Source of the DNA: Candidatus Vogelbacteria bacterium
GTDB lineage: Bacteria > Patescibacteriota > Minisyncoccia > Phycocordibacterales > XYD1-FULL-46-19
DNA length: 64,000 nucleotides
Reading direction: 5' to 3'
Assembly (NCBI GenBank): GCA_903878275.1
Contig: CAIRHC010000007.1
Coordinates: forward strand, 78,482-142,481
Notes under the pieces: model-generated
The model's database searches: none
What the model was told of the DNA's origin: nothing
The model's input: the letters and a program-made list of their open reading frames with translations, nothing else
Made by a program: the position numbers and the translations under genes
Part shown: positions 17,195-26,442 of the stretch, in pieces
Position numbering within the stretch: position 1 is the first letter of the stretch
How the letters are laid out: each line of letters begins with the position of its first letter

Positions 17195-17800
17195 ATGAAT
17201 GATCTAAGAAACGAACATTTGAAAATAAAAATCTGTATTTCAGGTGCTGCCGACACAACCTTTTGTGGTGATGGTGCTTTGGAAATTGCCAAAGAGCTCG
17301 GTCGGGAGATTGCTCGGCAAGGGGCGACGATTGTGACCGGTGCCACGACTGGTTGGCCACTGTGGTCAGCAATGGGGGCTAAGGAAGAAGGGGGAATGTC
17401 TATTGGTTTGTCGCCCGCGGCGACCGAAAAAGAACACGTCGAGCAGTGGGGCTTACCGCTTGATTATCAAGATGTCATTATTTATACAGGGCAAGGCTTC
17501 CCCGGGCGAGATATTTTGCTGACTCGCACTTCCGATGCGGTGATTCTGGGTTGTGGTCGGATTGGCACGATTCACGAATTTACGGTGTCGTTTGAAGACG
17601 GCAAGCCGATCGGCATTTTGGAAGGTGCTTGGGAAATGGACGATACGTTAAAAGAAATTATTGCCCACGGTCATCGTCCAAATGATAAAATTATTTTTGA
17701 TAAAGATCCCAAAAAACTAGTGGAAAGAATTATCGAAATGGTTAAAAAAGACAAAGAGGCACTTGATAAAAAACCAGTTCAAACTTCAGCAGAAAAGTAA
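17195..17800 (+). CDS. LOG/TIGR00725-family Rossmann-fold protein
   Basis: ISGAAD..C....A.ELG..IA..G..IVTGATTG pattern. Confidence 0.6.
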   Translation: MNDLRNEHLKIKICISGAADTTFCGDGALEIAKELGREIARQGATIVTGATTGWPLWSAMGAKEEGGMSIGLSPAATEKEHVEQWGLPLDYQDVIIYTGQGFPGRDILLTRTSDAVILGCGRIGTIHEFTVSFEDGKPIGILEGAWEMDDTLKEIIAHGHRPNDKIIFDKDPKKLVERIIEMVKKDKEALDKKPVQTSAEK

Positions 17801-17883
17801 AGCTAACTAAATTTTACCTGTTGGTGGCGGTTGTGATATACTTAAACAAGTTTTTATTATCAATTATTAATTAATTTAAATAA

Positions 17884-19713
17884 ATGAAAAAATATCTCGT
17901 AGTTTTAATACTTGTCGGACTAATCATCTCGACTCCTTTGGCAACCCAAGCTTTTAGTGGAGGGGATCTCTCTTCGCTTATTACTAAAATAGAAAATCTT
18001 ATTGTTCAGTTGAAGCAAGTGCAACTGGCAGCGGTTTTTAGTAGAAACCGGGTAGTCAAAAAAGCCCCGACACCGACACCTACACCAGCCACGGGTACTT
18101 ATTATGTCGATTGTGCCAGTACTGCCAACGATAATAATGCTGGTACTAGTGCAACAAAGCCTTGGCATACCATCGGCCGTGCTTCTTGTATGAGTGATAA
18201 TCCGCAGTGTGGCTCTTTTAAACCTGGCGATACTATTTTGTTTAAACGGGGTTGTACCTGGACTGGCGAGCAATTAACCATCAACACGTCTGGCACTGCT
18301 GGTAAGCCAATTACTATCGCTGACTACGGCACTGGTAATTTGCCGATTATACAGGGCAGTGTCTCTGCTCCAGTTGGTGTTGGTAACGTAAGAGATATGA
18401 TTAATGTAAACGGCAAGAGCTATCTGACATTTCAAAATCTAGAAATAAGATATGCTGAAAATCCGGTGGTTGTAAATAATTCTAGCAATATTGTTTTAAA
18501 TAATCTTAATATTCATGACAATATCGGCTACGGTGCCATTCTTTTAACCGCTGATAGTCAGAGTACAACAAATAATACCGTAAGTAATACTACAATATAC
18601 AATACCAAAGCCAGTACCGAATCAGGACAGATTGGCGAAAATGGCGACCCCAATAGTCGTGGTCATGGAATTTTTATGTTTTCTAATTCAAGTCAGTCAT
18701 TGGTAAATAATAACATTTTTACCGGCAATACTATTTATAATAATGGTGAGTCTGGTATCGACATGATTTTGGGATCAAATAATCGCTTTAGTCAAAATAA
18801 AATTTATAACAATGGCAGTTCCGGCATTAGTTTGGTAAGTGTTAACGGTGAATCTAATGGTAATATTGTTGAGAACAATCTTGCTTACAATAATGGTCAA
18901 ACAACCGACGACGTTGCCGGTATCGATTTGCATCGTATCGGTAGTAATAATATTGTAAGGTATAATGCGGTTTATAATACAGTTGATGCTTTAATAGCGC
19001 CGACAATCCCAGCTCGTCCATGGAATAATGGTACAAAATACGGCAACGTTGGCATTAGATTTGATAGTAATACTGACCAGTCAGTACCGGTGATTGCTGC
19101 CACTGGTAATCAAGTTTATTACAATCTAATCGTTGGCGGCACTTATAATTTTATGAATATTCGCAATACCGGTCTATCATTCTTCAACAATATTCTACAT
19201 AACAGCTCATCGGATAATGTCCGAATTCATAACAGTAAAGATGTTCTTGATTTTGTTTTTAAGAATAATATTCTTACTCGTAATAGTAATAACGAAAACG
19301 TTTATTTTGTTCGCATTCAAGATGCTAAAAATGTTACTGATCCTGCTAAGTTCAACAATAATATGTATTATTCTTCGGTCGCTGGTGGCAAGTTCTGCGC
19401 GCTTACAGATAAAGATGCTTGGTGCTTAAATCCGGTTACGACGCTGGCTGATTGGCAAAGTCAAAGTGGCTTTGATAAAACAAATTCGTTAATAGCTAAT
19501 CCTCAATTTTCAGCAACTGCTCCGACAAGTGTTTCGGCAACTAATATTGAGAGCGCAGTCAGTAGCTTTAAACTAAACGCTACTTCACCAGCCTTGGATA
19601 AGGGTGCCACAGATGTGACTGCTGGGTTATCGTTAGCTCAAGATTATTTTAGTCAAAGCGTGCCGTACGGCAGTAGCTTACCAGATCTTGGCTTTAGCGA
19701 AATTGCTAAATAA
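17884..19713 (+). CDS. secreted right-handed beta-helix (pectate-lyase-fold) protein
   Basis: signal peptide; PTPTPTP linker; repeated NN..IxNN and IYNNG.SGI PbH1-like turns. Confidence 0.7.
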   Translation: MKKYLVVLILVGLIISTPLATQAFSGGDLSSLITKIENLIVQLKQVQLAAVFSRNRVVKKAPTPTPTPATGTYYVDCASTANDNNAGTSATKPWHTIGRASCMSDNPQCGSFKPGDTILFKRGCTWTGEQLTINTSGTAGKPITIADYGTGNLPIIQGSVSAPVGVGNVRDMINVNGKSYLTFQNLEIRYAENPVVVNNSSNIVLNNLNIHDNIGYGAILLTADSQSTTNNTVSNTTIYNTKASTESGQIGENGDPNSRGHGIFMFSNSSQSLVNNNIFTGNTIYNNGESGIDMILGSNNRFSQNKIYNNGSSGISLVSVNGESNGNIVENNLAYNNGQTTDDVAGIDLHRIGSNNIVRYNAVYNTVDALIAPTIPARPWNNGTKYGNVGIRFDSNTDQSVPVIAATGNQVYYNLIVGGTYNFMNIRNTGLSFFNNILHNSSSDNVRIHNSKDVLDFVFKNNILTRNSNNENVYFVRIQDAKNVTDPAKFNNNMYYSSVAGGKFCALTDKDAWCLNPVTTLADWQSQSGFDKTNSLIANPQFSATAPTSVSATNIESAVSSFKLNATSPALDKGATDVTAGLSLAQDYFSQSVPYGSSLPDLGFSEIAK

Positions 19714-19757
19714 TAATATTTAAATTTAGTTAAGATAAATAAAAGATTGTAAGAATA

Positions 19758-19791
19758 AATCCCGCCCGAGGCTAGTCCTCGGGCGGGATTT
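19758..19791. repeat. REP-like palindrome family 1 variant / terminator
   Basis: aaatcccgcccgaggctagtcctcgggcgggattt. Confidence 0.6.
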
Positions 19792-19875
19792 GCGGTGAAG
19801 CTAATTAGAATGGGGATAACCCGTGAGCCGTGCGAACGGAGCAGTCCCCCGAAGTGGGGATAACTAAATTATACT

Positions 19876-19901
19876 GGGGGGGGGGCTTTCTGTGATATAC
19901 T
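19876..19901 (+). promoter_or_regulatory. poly-G(10) + TGaTATACT promoter module
   Basis: G10 at 19876-19885, then ctttctgtgatatact. Confidence 0.5.
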
Positions 19902-19946
19902 TAAACAAGTTTTTATTATCAATTATTAGTTTAATTTATTTTATTT

Positions 19947-21779
19947 ATGAAAAAATATCTCGTAGCCTTGGCACTAGTCGGGCTAATCATCTCGACTCCT
20001 TTGGCAACCCAAGCTTTTAGTGGAGGGGATCTCTCTTCGCTTATTACTAAAATAGAAAACCTTATTACTCAATTAAAACAATTTCAATTGGGTGCGGTCG
20101 GAACTATCACTGGAGAATCAGCGATTTTAAGTGATTTTGTTTTTACTCCATCCTCACCGTTGGCGATCAACACTACTATCACTGGGAAAGTTAAAATTAC
20201 CAACAACGGCACTGTCGCTCTTCCTGGAGCTGGATATGGTTTGAGGGCGACAAATGTGACAGATTCTAAATTTCTATTTTCTGTTTTTGTGCCCACTATT
20301 CAGCCTGGAGCTTCGGTTGTTCTCCAAAATGGTATGACCTTCTCGTTCCCGACAGCTGGCTACAAAGATACTTTGTGGGAATTAATAAAGGTGGGCAGTA
20401 CTGTGCCTTTGACGACGACTCATCAATATCTCGTGGCGGGGGAAAGTGCCGGTCTTCTTTTTGATTCTTTCTCGCTGGCTTCTCCTGTTGCTCCAAATAC
20501 CAATGTCACCGCGAGTATCAAAGTGGTCAGTAATGGTACCGCTTTATCTGGCTATCAGCTCGTCGGAACGAGTGACACTGGTTTAGTTATCCCAACTATT
20601 ACTGATGTTTCTGTCCCCTCGGCTAGCCCGGCTGGTATTCAAATTAAAACTTTTACCACCCCACCATTTAATTCTGGTACATCCGGAAACTCGGTCATTA
20701 CTTGGAAATTAATTAAAGGCACTACGGTTTTGGGAAATGCGGTGACGGGGACTTTGATGGTGGGTCAAGCAACTCCTTCTATTGCTGTAATTTCCCCAAA
20801 TGGAGGAGAAAATTGGAAAGTGGGTGAAACACATAATATTACTTGGAAGACTAAAGACCTTCCGTCGTCAGATATAATTAATATTAATTTGTTACAGAAG
20901 AATAATGCAATGTTGTTTGTGGCCAATGCTATTAATTCCGGTTCTTATTCTTGGACGATCCCTGTTGAAATGCATGGTTTCAATTTAAATGAGGACGATA
21001 ATTATAAAATACAGCTTCTCGATAATAAGGCGCAACCTTCTTATTTTTCTGACTTGAGCGATACTTATTTTAGTATTTTGGAATCACCTACCACTCCCAC
21101 CGTCAATAGTATTACTCCAAACACCGCACCGATCGGAACTACTTCTCGAATAATAATCAGAGGTTTAAATTTCAGCATCGGTAGCACCATCTATACTTTT
21201 AATGGAGAGACGAAGGACAAACTGTTCTGTACTATCAGCGTCAACGCCAATGGGAACTATGATTGTCCTCTTCCTGCTACTTTTTCCGCTGGTGCATACA
21301 AACTTGCGGTGGTAAACTCTCGTGGGACGAGCAATAAGGTAGATTTTACGTTTACTTCTATTCCTGTTATTACTAATTTAACTGTGGCGTCTACCTCAGC
21401 TATTTTAGGTCAAGGTATTGGTAGTCCGGTCGATCGTTATCCTGTCACTTTTTCTTTTACTCTGGTTAATTCAGGCGATATTCCTTTGTATTTGTCGAAT
21501 AATCCTTCAATTGCATTTGCAACAGTGACATCTCCCGTAAATTCTCCATCTAGTGTTTCTTCTTTTCTTGCGTCTCTTTTACCGGGGGATTCACCTGGTG
21601 CATATGTTATACCGGCGAACGGACAGAGAAGATTCGTAGCTTCTGGACTGATTATGAGTTCTCTTCAAGGAGCAGGGTTACAAATTGTGAGTATATTTTA
21701 CGGTACTTCAGCCAGTGATTTGAGAGCCCTGAACATAGATGTTTCTCGTAAAGGTTTGGGTCAAATGGTGCTTAATTAG
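19947..21779 (+). CDS. secreted surface protein (paralogue of the 17884 N-terminus; Ig-like and IPT-like modules)
   Basis: first ~45 aa near-identical to the 17884 gene; IPT module ~85% nt identical to 11383-11640. Confidence 0.7.
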   Translation: MKKYLVALALVGLIISTPLATQAFSGGDLSSLITKIENLITQLKQFQLGAVGTITGESAILSDFVFTPSSPLAINTTITGKVKITNNGTVALPGAGYGLRATNVTDSKFLFSVFVPTIQPGASVVLQNGMTFSFPTAGYKDTLWELIKVGSTVPLTTTHQYLVAGESAGLLFDSFSLASPVAPNTNVTASIKVVSNGTALSGYQLVGTSDTGLVIPTITDVSVPSASPAGIQIKTFTTPPFNSGTSGNSVITWKLIKGTTVLGNAVTGTLMVGQATPSIAVISPNGGENWKVGETHNITWKTKDLPSSDIININLLQKNNAMLFVANAINSGSYSWTIPVEMHGFNLNEDDNYKIQLLDNKAQPSYFSDLSDTYFSILESPTTPTVNSITPNTAPIGTTSRIIIRGLNFSIGSTIYTFNGETKDKLFCTISVNANGNYDCPLPATFSAGAYKLAVVNSRGTSNKVDFTFTSIPVITNLTVASTSAILGQGIGSPVDRYPVTFSFTLVNSGDIPLYLSNNPSIAFATVTSPVNSPSSVSSFLASLLPGDSPGAYVIPANGQRRFVASGLIMSSLQGAGLQIVSIFYGTSASDLRALNIDVSRKGLGQMVLN

Positions 21780-21841
21780 GAGTGAGGTCGAACCTCACCT
21801 AGGGGATGTCGTTTGTGTTGTAATGTTTTATCTAAAAAATT

Positions 21842-22063
21842 ATGACTACTATCTCGGTACCGTTAAATGCTAAATTAGAAAAAGCTATTAACCATTTGAT
21901 TGAGTCTGGTTATGGCTCTAATAAAATCGAAGTTATTCATCGAGCTGTTATTAGCGCCTCAGAAGAAGAGGCTATCGGAATAGTTCTAAGAGCTAAAAAA
22001 GAGATATCTCTGGGGAGGGGCATAAAAGGTGGTTTAAAAGAATTGGTTAAAAAGTTTAAATAA
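21842..22063 (+). CDS. ribbon-helix-helix (CopG/ParD-like) small protein
   Basis: TISVPL beta-strand followed by two helices. Confidence 0.45.
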   Translation: MTTISVPLNAKLEKAINHLIESGYGSNKIEVIHRAVISASEEEAIGIVLRAKKEISLGRGIKGGLKELVKKFK

Positions 22064-22097
22064 CATTCTAACTCACCGAGAGGTGAATGATAAAACA

Positions 22098-22131
22098 AAA
22101 AAACGGAGAAGTTAAACTTCTCCGTTTTTTT
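22098..22131. terminator. bidirectional terminator aaaaaacggagaagttaaacttctccgttttttt
   Basis: hairpin between convergent genes. Confidence 0.65.
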
Positions 22132-22142
22132 TGTTTTTAAAT

Positions 22143-22490
22143 TTAAGCTTTAGCTTGGCTGACGACTTGGGCGTAAACTTCGGGGTTGTTTTCAGCTAAT
22201 TCAGCAAGCATTTTGCGGTTTAGTCCGATATTTTTCTTCTTTAACATTCCAATAAATTTGCTGTAAGAAAGCTCGAATTCGGCAAGGCTGGCGCCGATCT
22301 TGATATTCCACAAACGACGAAAATCATTTTTCTTATCTCGGCGGTGGGCAAAAGCGTTGACACCAGCTTTTCGGATAGCAACTTTAGCTTCTTTTTCTTT
22401 GGTGCTTCGTCCGAAGCGATAACCCTTGGCGTCTTTCAAGACGTTGCGGCGGTGCTTCATTGAAATTGTTCCTCGTTTTACTCGGGTCAT
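22143..22490 (-). CDS. rplT: 50S ribosomal protein L20
   Basis: 115 aa; sequence recognisably L20; infC-rpmI-rplT order. Confidence 0.92.
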   Translation of the reverse strand: MTRVKRGTISMKHRRNVLKDAKGYRFGRSTKEKEAKVAIRKAGVNAFAHRRDKKNDFRRLWNIKIGASLAEFELSYSKFIGMLKKKNIGLNRKMLAELAENNPEVYAQVVSQAKA

Positions 22491-22516
22491 AATATTTTAT
22501 TAAAAATTATAAATTT

Positions 22517-22711
22517 CTATCGATTTACGGCAAGTGGTAAATAACGACTAACATCCTTGTTTTTTAAAGTGATAACTCTCATTTTCTTGCCTTTCATTTG
22601 AGTGTTTCGGGATTCTTTGGCATTGAAGTGGTTTTTGCCCGCTTTGCGCGCTAAAATCTTCCCAGTTTTGGTGATCTTGAATCTTTTAGATAGTGATTTT
22701 TTGGTTTTCAT
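22517..22711 (-). CDS. rpmI: 50S ribosomal protein L35
   Basis: MKTKKSLSKRFKITKTGK; start set at the internal M of the longer ORF. Confidence 0.85.
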   Translation of the reverse strand: MKTKKSLSKRFKITKTGKILARKAGKNHFNAKESRNTQMKGKKMRVITLKNKDVSRYLPLAVNR

Positions 22712-22790
22712 AGTATTTTTGCCGTCTAACAAACAAAAGAACAGAACCCTGTTCTTACCAAATAAGTGTACTACAAACAGCTTTTTTTGT

Positions 22791-23369
22791 CTATTGTTTA
22801 GGCTCCAATGGCTCTTCTTGGGGTTTGGTCGCTGTTTTTGGTGCCTCTTTGGCTGGGCTCGATTCTTTGGCTCGCTCAATAGTGACCGACAGACCTTTGG
22901 GGCTTTTCTTTGGCTCCTCGGAAATTTTATGATTTTCGGTAATTAAATTCAAGATGCGATTTAGGCGTTCTTTCAAGAAATTGAAGTCGAAATACTTGGT
23001 TCGTCCGGGCAAAAATAGGTTGATTTTGACGCGGTGACCATCTTTAAGAAAAGCCGAGGCTTGCTTGGCTTTAAGCTCTAGATCGTGCTCGCCAGTGCCA
23101 ATTTTGATCTGTAGGGCTTTGGTTTCGGTCGAATGAGTCTTGGCAAGTTTTTGCTTTTTTTGCTCTAAATACTGAAATTTGCCGTACTCCATAATTTTGG
23201 CAACTGGGGGCATCGCTTGAGGTGAAACCTCAATTAAATCAAGCTCGCGCTCGCGGGCAACAGCCAAAGCTTCTTCGGTTTTGAGAACACCCAAATTATT
23301 GCCTTCTTCGTCGATAACTCGCAATTCGGCCGCGCGTATTTGGTTGTTTATTCTAATGAAAGACTTCAA
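22791..23369 (-). CDS. infC: translation initiation factor IF-3
   Basis: IF3 N and C domains; start uncertain (TTG at 23369 or the atypical ATT four codons downstream). Confidence 0.85.
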   Translation of the reverse strand: MKSFIRINNQIRAAELRVIDEEGNNLGVLKTEEALAVARERELDLIEVSPQAMPPVAKIMEYGKFQYLEQKKQKLAKTHSTETKALQIKIGTGEHDLELKAKQASAFLKDGHRVKINLFLPGRTKYFDFNFLKERLNRILNLITENHKISEEPKKSPKGLSVTIERAKESSPAKEAPKTATKPQEEPLEPKQ

Positions 23370-23438
23370 AATAGTGTTTATTTATACCAAAAGTCTAACC
23401 TTTTTAGCCTTTTTAGTCAAATATGGTAAGATTACAAG

Positions 23439-23894
23439 ATGGCGAATTTAGTCGAAAACAAAAAAATATTCCTTAATTATGAAGTGCTCGACGAATATGA
23501 AGCGGGCATTGAGCTTTTGGGGGCGGAGGTCAAAATGATCAAAAGTCATCACGGCTCACTTGAAGGTGCTCGAGTTTTGATTCGTGGAGCCGAAGCTTTT
23601 TTGGTCGGTTTTAATTTGCCAATTTATCAACCAAACAATCCCAGCTCGGCTTATGAATCCGAACGAACGCGAAAATTAATGTTGAAGAAAAAAGAAATCG
23701 CGGAGCTTGTCGGCAGAGGGGAACAGAAAGGATTGACAATCGTGCCAATTTCAATGTATAATAAAGGGAGGTTAATTAAGGTAAAAATCGCCGTGGTACG
23801 CGGGAAGAAAAAATTTGATAAACGCGAGAGCTTAAAGAAAAAAGAAGCCAAGCGTGACGTCGCTCGTGAGATGAAGGGCTCTTTGAAAAATTAA
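23439..23894 (+). CDS. smpB: SsrA-binding protein
   Basis: 151 aa; sequence recognisably SmpB. Confidence 0.9.
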   Translation: MANLVENKKIFLNYEVLDEYEAGIELLGAEVKMIKSHHGSLEGARVLIRGAEAFLVGFNLPIYQPNNPSSAYESERTRKLMLKKKEIAELVGRGEQKGLTIVPISMYNKGRLIKVKIAVVRGKKKFDKRESLKKKEAKRDVAREMKGSLKN

Positions 23895-23899
23895 TAAGG

Positions 23900-24166
23900 A
23901 TGAAACATACCGTTTATATTTTATTTAGCCATAAAGATAAAAAACTTTATGTTGGTTGTGCTAAAGATGTAATGGAAAGGCTGAAGAGACACAATGCAGG
24001 GTCGGTGCTTGCGACTAAAAATCGTAGACCTTTTTCTTTAATTTATACTGAAACTTTTACCGATAAAGCCGAAGCTTTTAATCGGGAAAGATTTTTGAAA
24101 AGTTTATGGGGCGCTAGATTAAAGAAAAAGGTCTTGGACGATTTTTTAAAGGCCAAGGCTAAATAA
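23900..24166 (+). CDS. GIY-YIG nuclease-superfamily small protein
   Basis: VYIL.S..DKKLYVG....ERL..HN. Confidence 0.7.
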   Translation: MKHTVYILFSHKDKKLYVGCAKDVMERLKRHNAGSVLATKNRRPFSLIYTETFTDKAEAFNRERFLKSLWGARLKKKVLDDFLKAKAK

Positions 24167-24248
24167 ATTTTGAAGTATGTTTTATGGCTAAAACATTTTT
24201 GCAAGCAAAAATGTTCGCCCGAACAAATTTCTTTGAAATTTGTTTTAG

Positions 24249-24652
24249 GGGGATGATCGGCTTCGACAGGTAGCCTTTCTCTAGTGTGTATGTGGAGACT
24301 CCGAATCCTCCTTAAACATCGGAAAAACAGTCAAATGCCAACGCATCTGACAAGGGACTTGTGGCTTCGCCATATTTCTCTCCAGCCTTGGCTTTAGCCT
24401 AACGCTGGTGCTGGCTTAAATCGCAGTCTGGATGATTTAAGTTGGTATAATAAATTCTGGACTAGCAATTAAACATTTCTCGGTTTAAAAGCGAAACAAA
24501 GAGAATCGACTAATTAAGGTTTTGTTTGTTTAACACTTAGTTAGTTTAAATCCGCTCGGCGATTAGCCGAGCGGGACATAAACAATCTACACATATAGAT
24601 TCACTAAAGTAACCTATTTGCACGGGGGTTCGATTCCCCCCATCTCCACCCA
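24249..24652 (+). ncRNA. ssrA: tmRNA (ssrA)
   Basis: 5' GGGGATGATCGGCTTCGACAGG; 3' tRNA-like GGGGGTTCGATTCCCCC T-arm + CATCTCCACC with a G3:U wobble; internal tag ORF ending ..PALALA-TAA at 24337-24402. Confidence 0.8.
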
Positions 24653-24761
24653 AAGTTGACAATTTGTGTCAAAAGCATAATATATTGGTATAACTATGGA
24701 AGAGACCCTTATGTAGATACGTCTGCATCGGGGGCTTTTTCTTTTTGATTGGGCTTAAAGT

Positions 24762-25247
24762 TTAAGATGATTTTTTAGAAAACTTGTGATAATGTTCGTT
24801 AAGAAAAGTAATTTCGGTATTTTTATTTCTTAACAAAATTGAGCACTTGTTTTCGTCAGGAGAAATAACTCGATCTAAAACAGAATTATTATCCAAAAAT
24901 TCCACCAAGCAACCAAAATCGCCATCACCAGAAACGAGAATACATTTATCAAACGCTTTGTTATAAAAGTCAGAGACAGTTTTTAAAACCAGTTCGGCAT
25001 CGCAATTACCCTTAATTACTCCTCCAACCGAAACGGTTTGTTTGAAAACTAAAATAAAACCACATTCTTGCAGATGCTCGTAAAATTTGGTTCTCGTTGG
25101 AACGAGACCGATAAAAAGGTAGATATTTGAAGTGTCATATTTTTGCCGAAGCCAACCATAAAATTTTTTGTAATCAATTCCAAAACCAAGTTCTTTGGCT
25201 CCGCGATATAAATTATTGCCGTCAATATAAATGTTGGTTCTAATCAC
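24762..25247 (-). CDS. NYN-domain (LabA/DUF88-like) protein
   Basis: IYIDG.N...LVSGDGDF pattern. Confidence 0.65.
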   Translation of the reverse strand: MIRTNIYIDGNNLYRGAKELGFGIDYKKFYGWLRQKYDTSNIYLFIGLVPTRTKFYEHLQECGFILVFKQTVSVGGVIKGNCDAELVLKTVSDFYNKAFDKCILVSGDGDFGCLVEFLDNNSVLDRVISPDENKCSILLRNKNTEITFLNEHYHKFSKKSS

Positions 25248-25788
25248 GAAATTATTTTAGTATAGTTTCATCAAAAGACTGCTAAATATCCATATTCCTC
25301 AATCAGTAAGCATTAAAGGGTTGCGCTTATTTAAATTTTATATTTTTTATAAAAATAGGATAAATTTTGTTTTAATTTATTAATTGCTACTATTCGGAAA
25401 CAAATGTTTAACGGCGACCAAAAGCATTGTTGTGACTTGGGTTATGGTGGCAAAGATAACAAGGTTAAAACTCCATTCTTCTAAGTGAAATTGCAGAAAT
25501 TTGAAACCTTGGAAAAAGGCGATGATAAAAATAATGACAGTCTCGGCGGTCAAAAGGTCAAAAAGTAAAGATAAGGTTGTGCCTTTTAAATTTATATTTT
25601 GTTCGAACGCTTGATTTTCTAGTTGCCCCTTTTTAATTTTTATTTGTTCGTCGATGCTTCGCGGAGTAATAATTGGGTAACGATTAATTTTCTGCGGTTC
25701 AACTGGTCTTTTGACTAAAATTTATCGGATCCGCTGTTTTTGGTCAGTGATAGTCTCAAGATTTTTTTCTTCGGGCGTCTGCATAGTG

Positions 25789-26325
25789 CTATTCTTTGAT
25801 TAGCTCTAGTTTTGTAAGTCTGATCGTCATAGCCAAAACTGAAACGTTGAATATTTTTGCACACTCTTCTATATTTTTTAATTCTTTCCAAGCTTTTGCG
25901 ACTTGGTTTTCTGGCATAATTAAGGCGGCGGCAAAATTGTTGGCTTCAATCTCGATGGAGGTAGCGACTTGGTCGTCCAGCCTAAACAATGTCCGCCCTT
26001 CAAGAGTGGCGTCGTCATCGACAATTGGTTCTTCTTCGGTGATGAGATTTTGGTGGAGAAAATAATGTCCTAGCTCGTGGGCAATCGTAAAATGTTGTCG
26101 GGTTTGCGGTTTGTTTATATTGATAATGATCGTGAACTCGGCATCGTTTTTGTTGTAGGTAATTGCGCCAGAGATATTGTTGTCTTCTTGATCCATTTCT
26201 ATCAAAACAATTTTCAGATTTTTTTTATCTGCTTCAATATTTTCGTACGGAAAAGGGGAAAGTCCGTCGGGGTTATAATCAGTGATAATTTTTTCCGCTA
26301 ATTCTCGGCATTTTTGCACGTTCAT
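25789..26325 (-). CDS. ImmA/IrrE-family zinc metallopeptidase (DUF955)
   Basis: HELGHYFLH HEXXH motif. Confidence 0.7.
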   Translation of the reverse strand: MNVQKCRELAEKIITDYNPDGLSPFPYENIEADKKNLKIVLIEMDQEDNNISGAITYNKNDAEFTIIININKPQTRQHFTIAHELGHYFLHQNLITEEEPIVDDDATLEGRTLFRLDDQVATSIEIEANNFAAALIMPENQVAKAWKELKNIEECAKIFNVSVLAMTIRLTKLELIKE

Positions 26326-26442
26326 TGGTAATATTATTATACTATGTTTGATATAAAATCAATATTTTGTTTAAAAATAATGCCCGTTTTTTCTTGCGAG
26401 AAAAAACGGGCAGGTTTTTGGCTACTATTTTATTTTACCGAA

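Noticed and set aside
11383-21360. Diversity-generating retroelement targeting the shared IPT-like cassette
   Set aside because: There is no reverse-transcriptase ORF in the window, and the differences between copies are not restricted to adenine positions.
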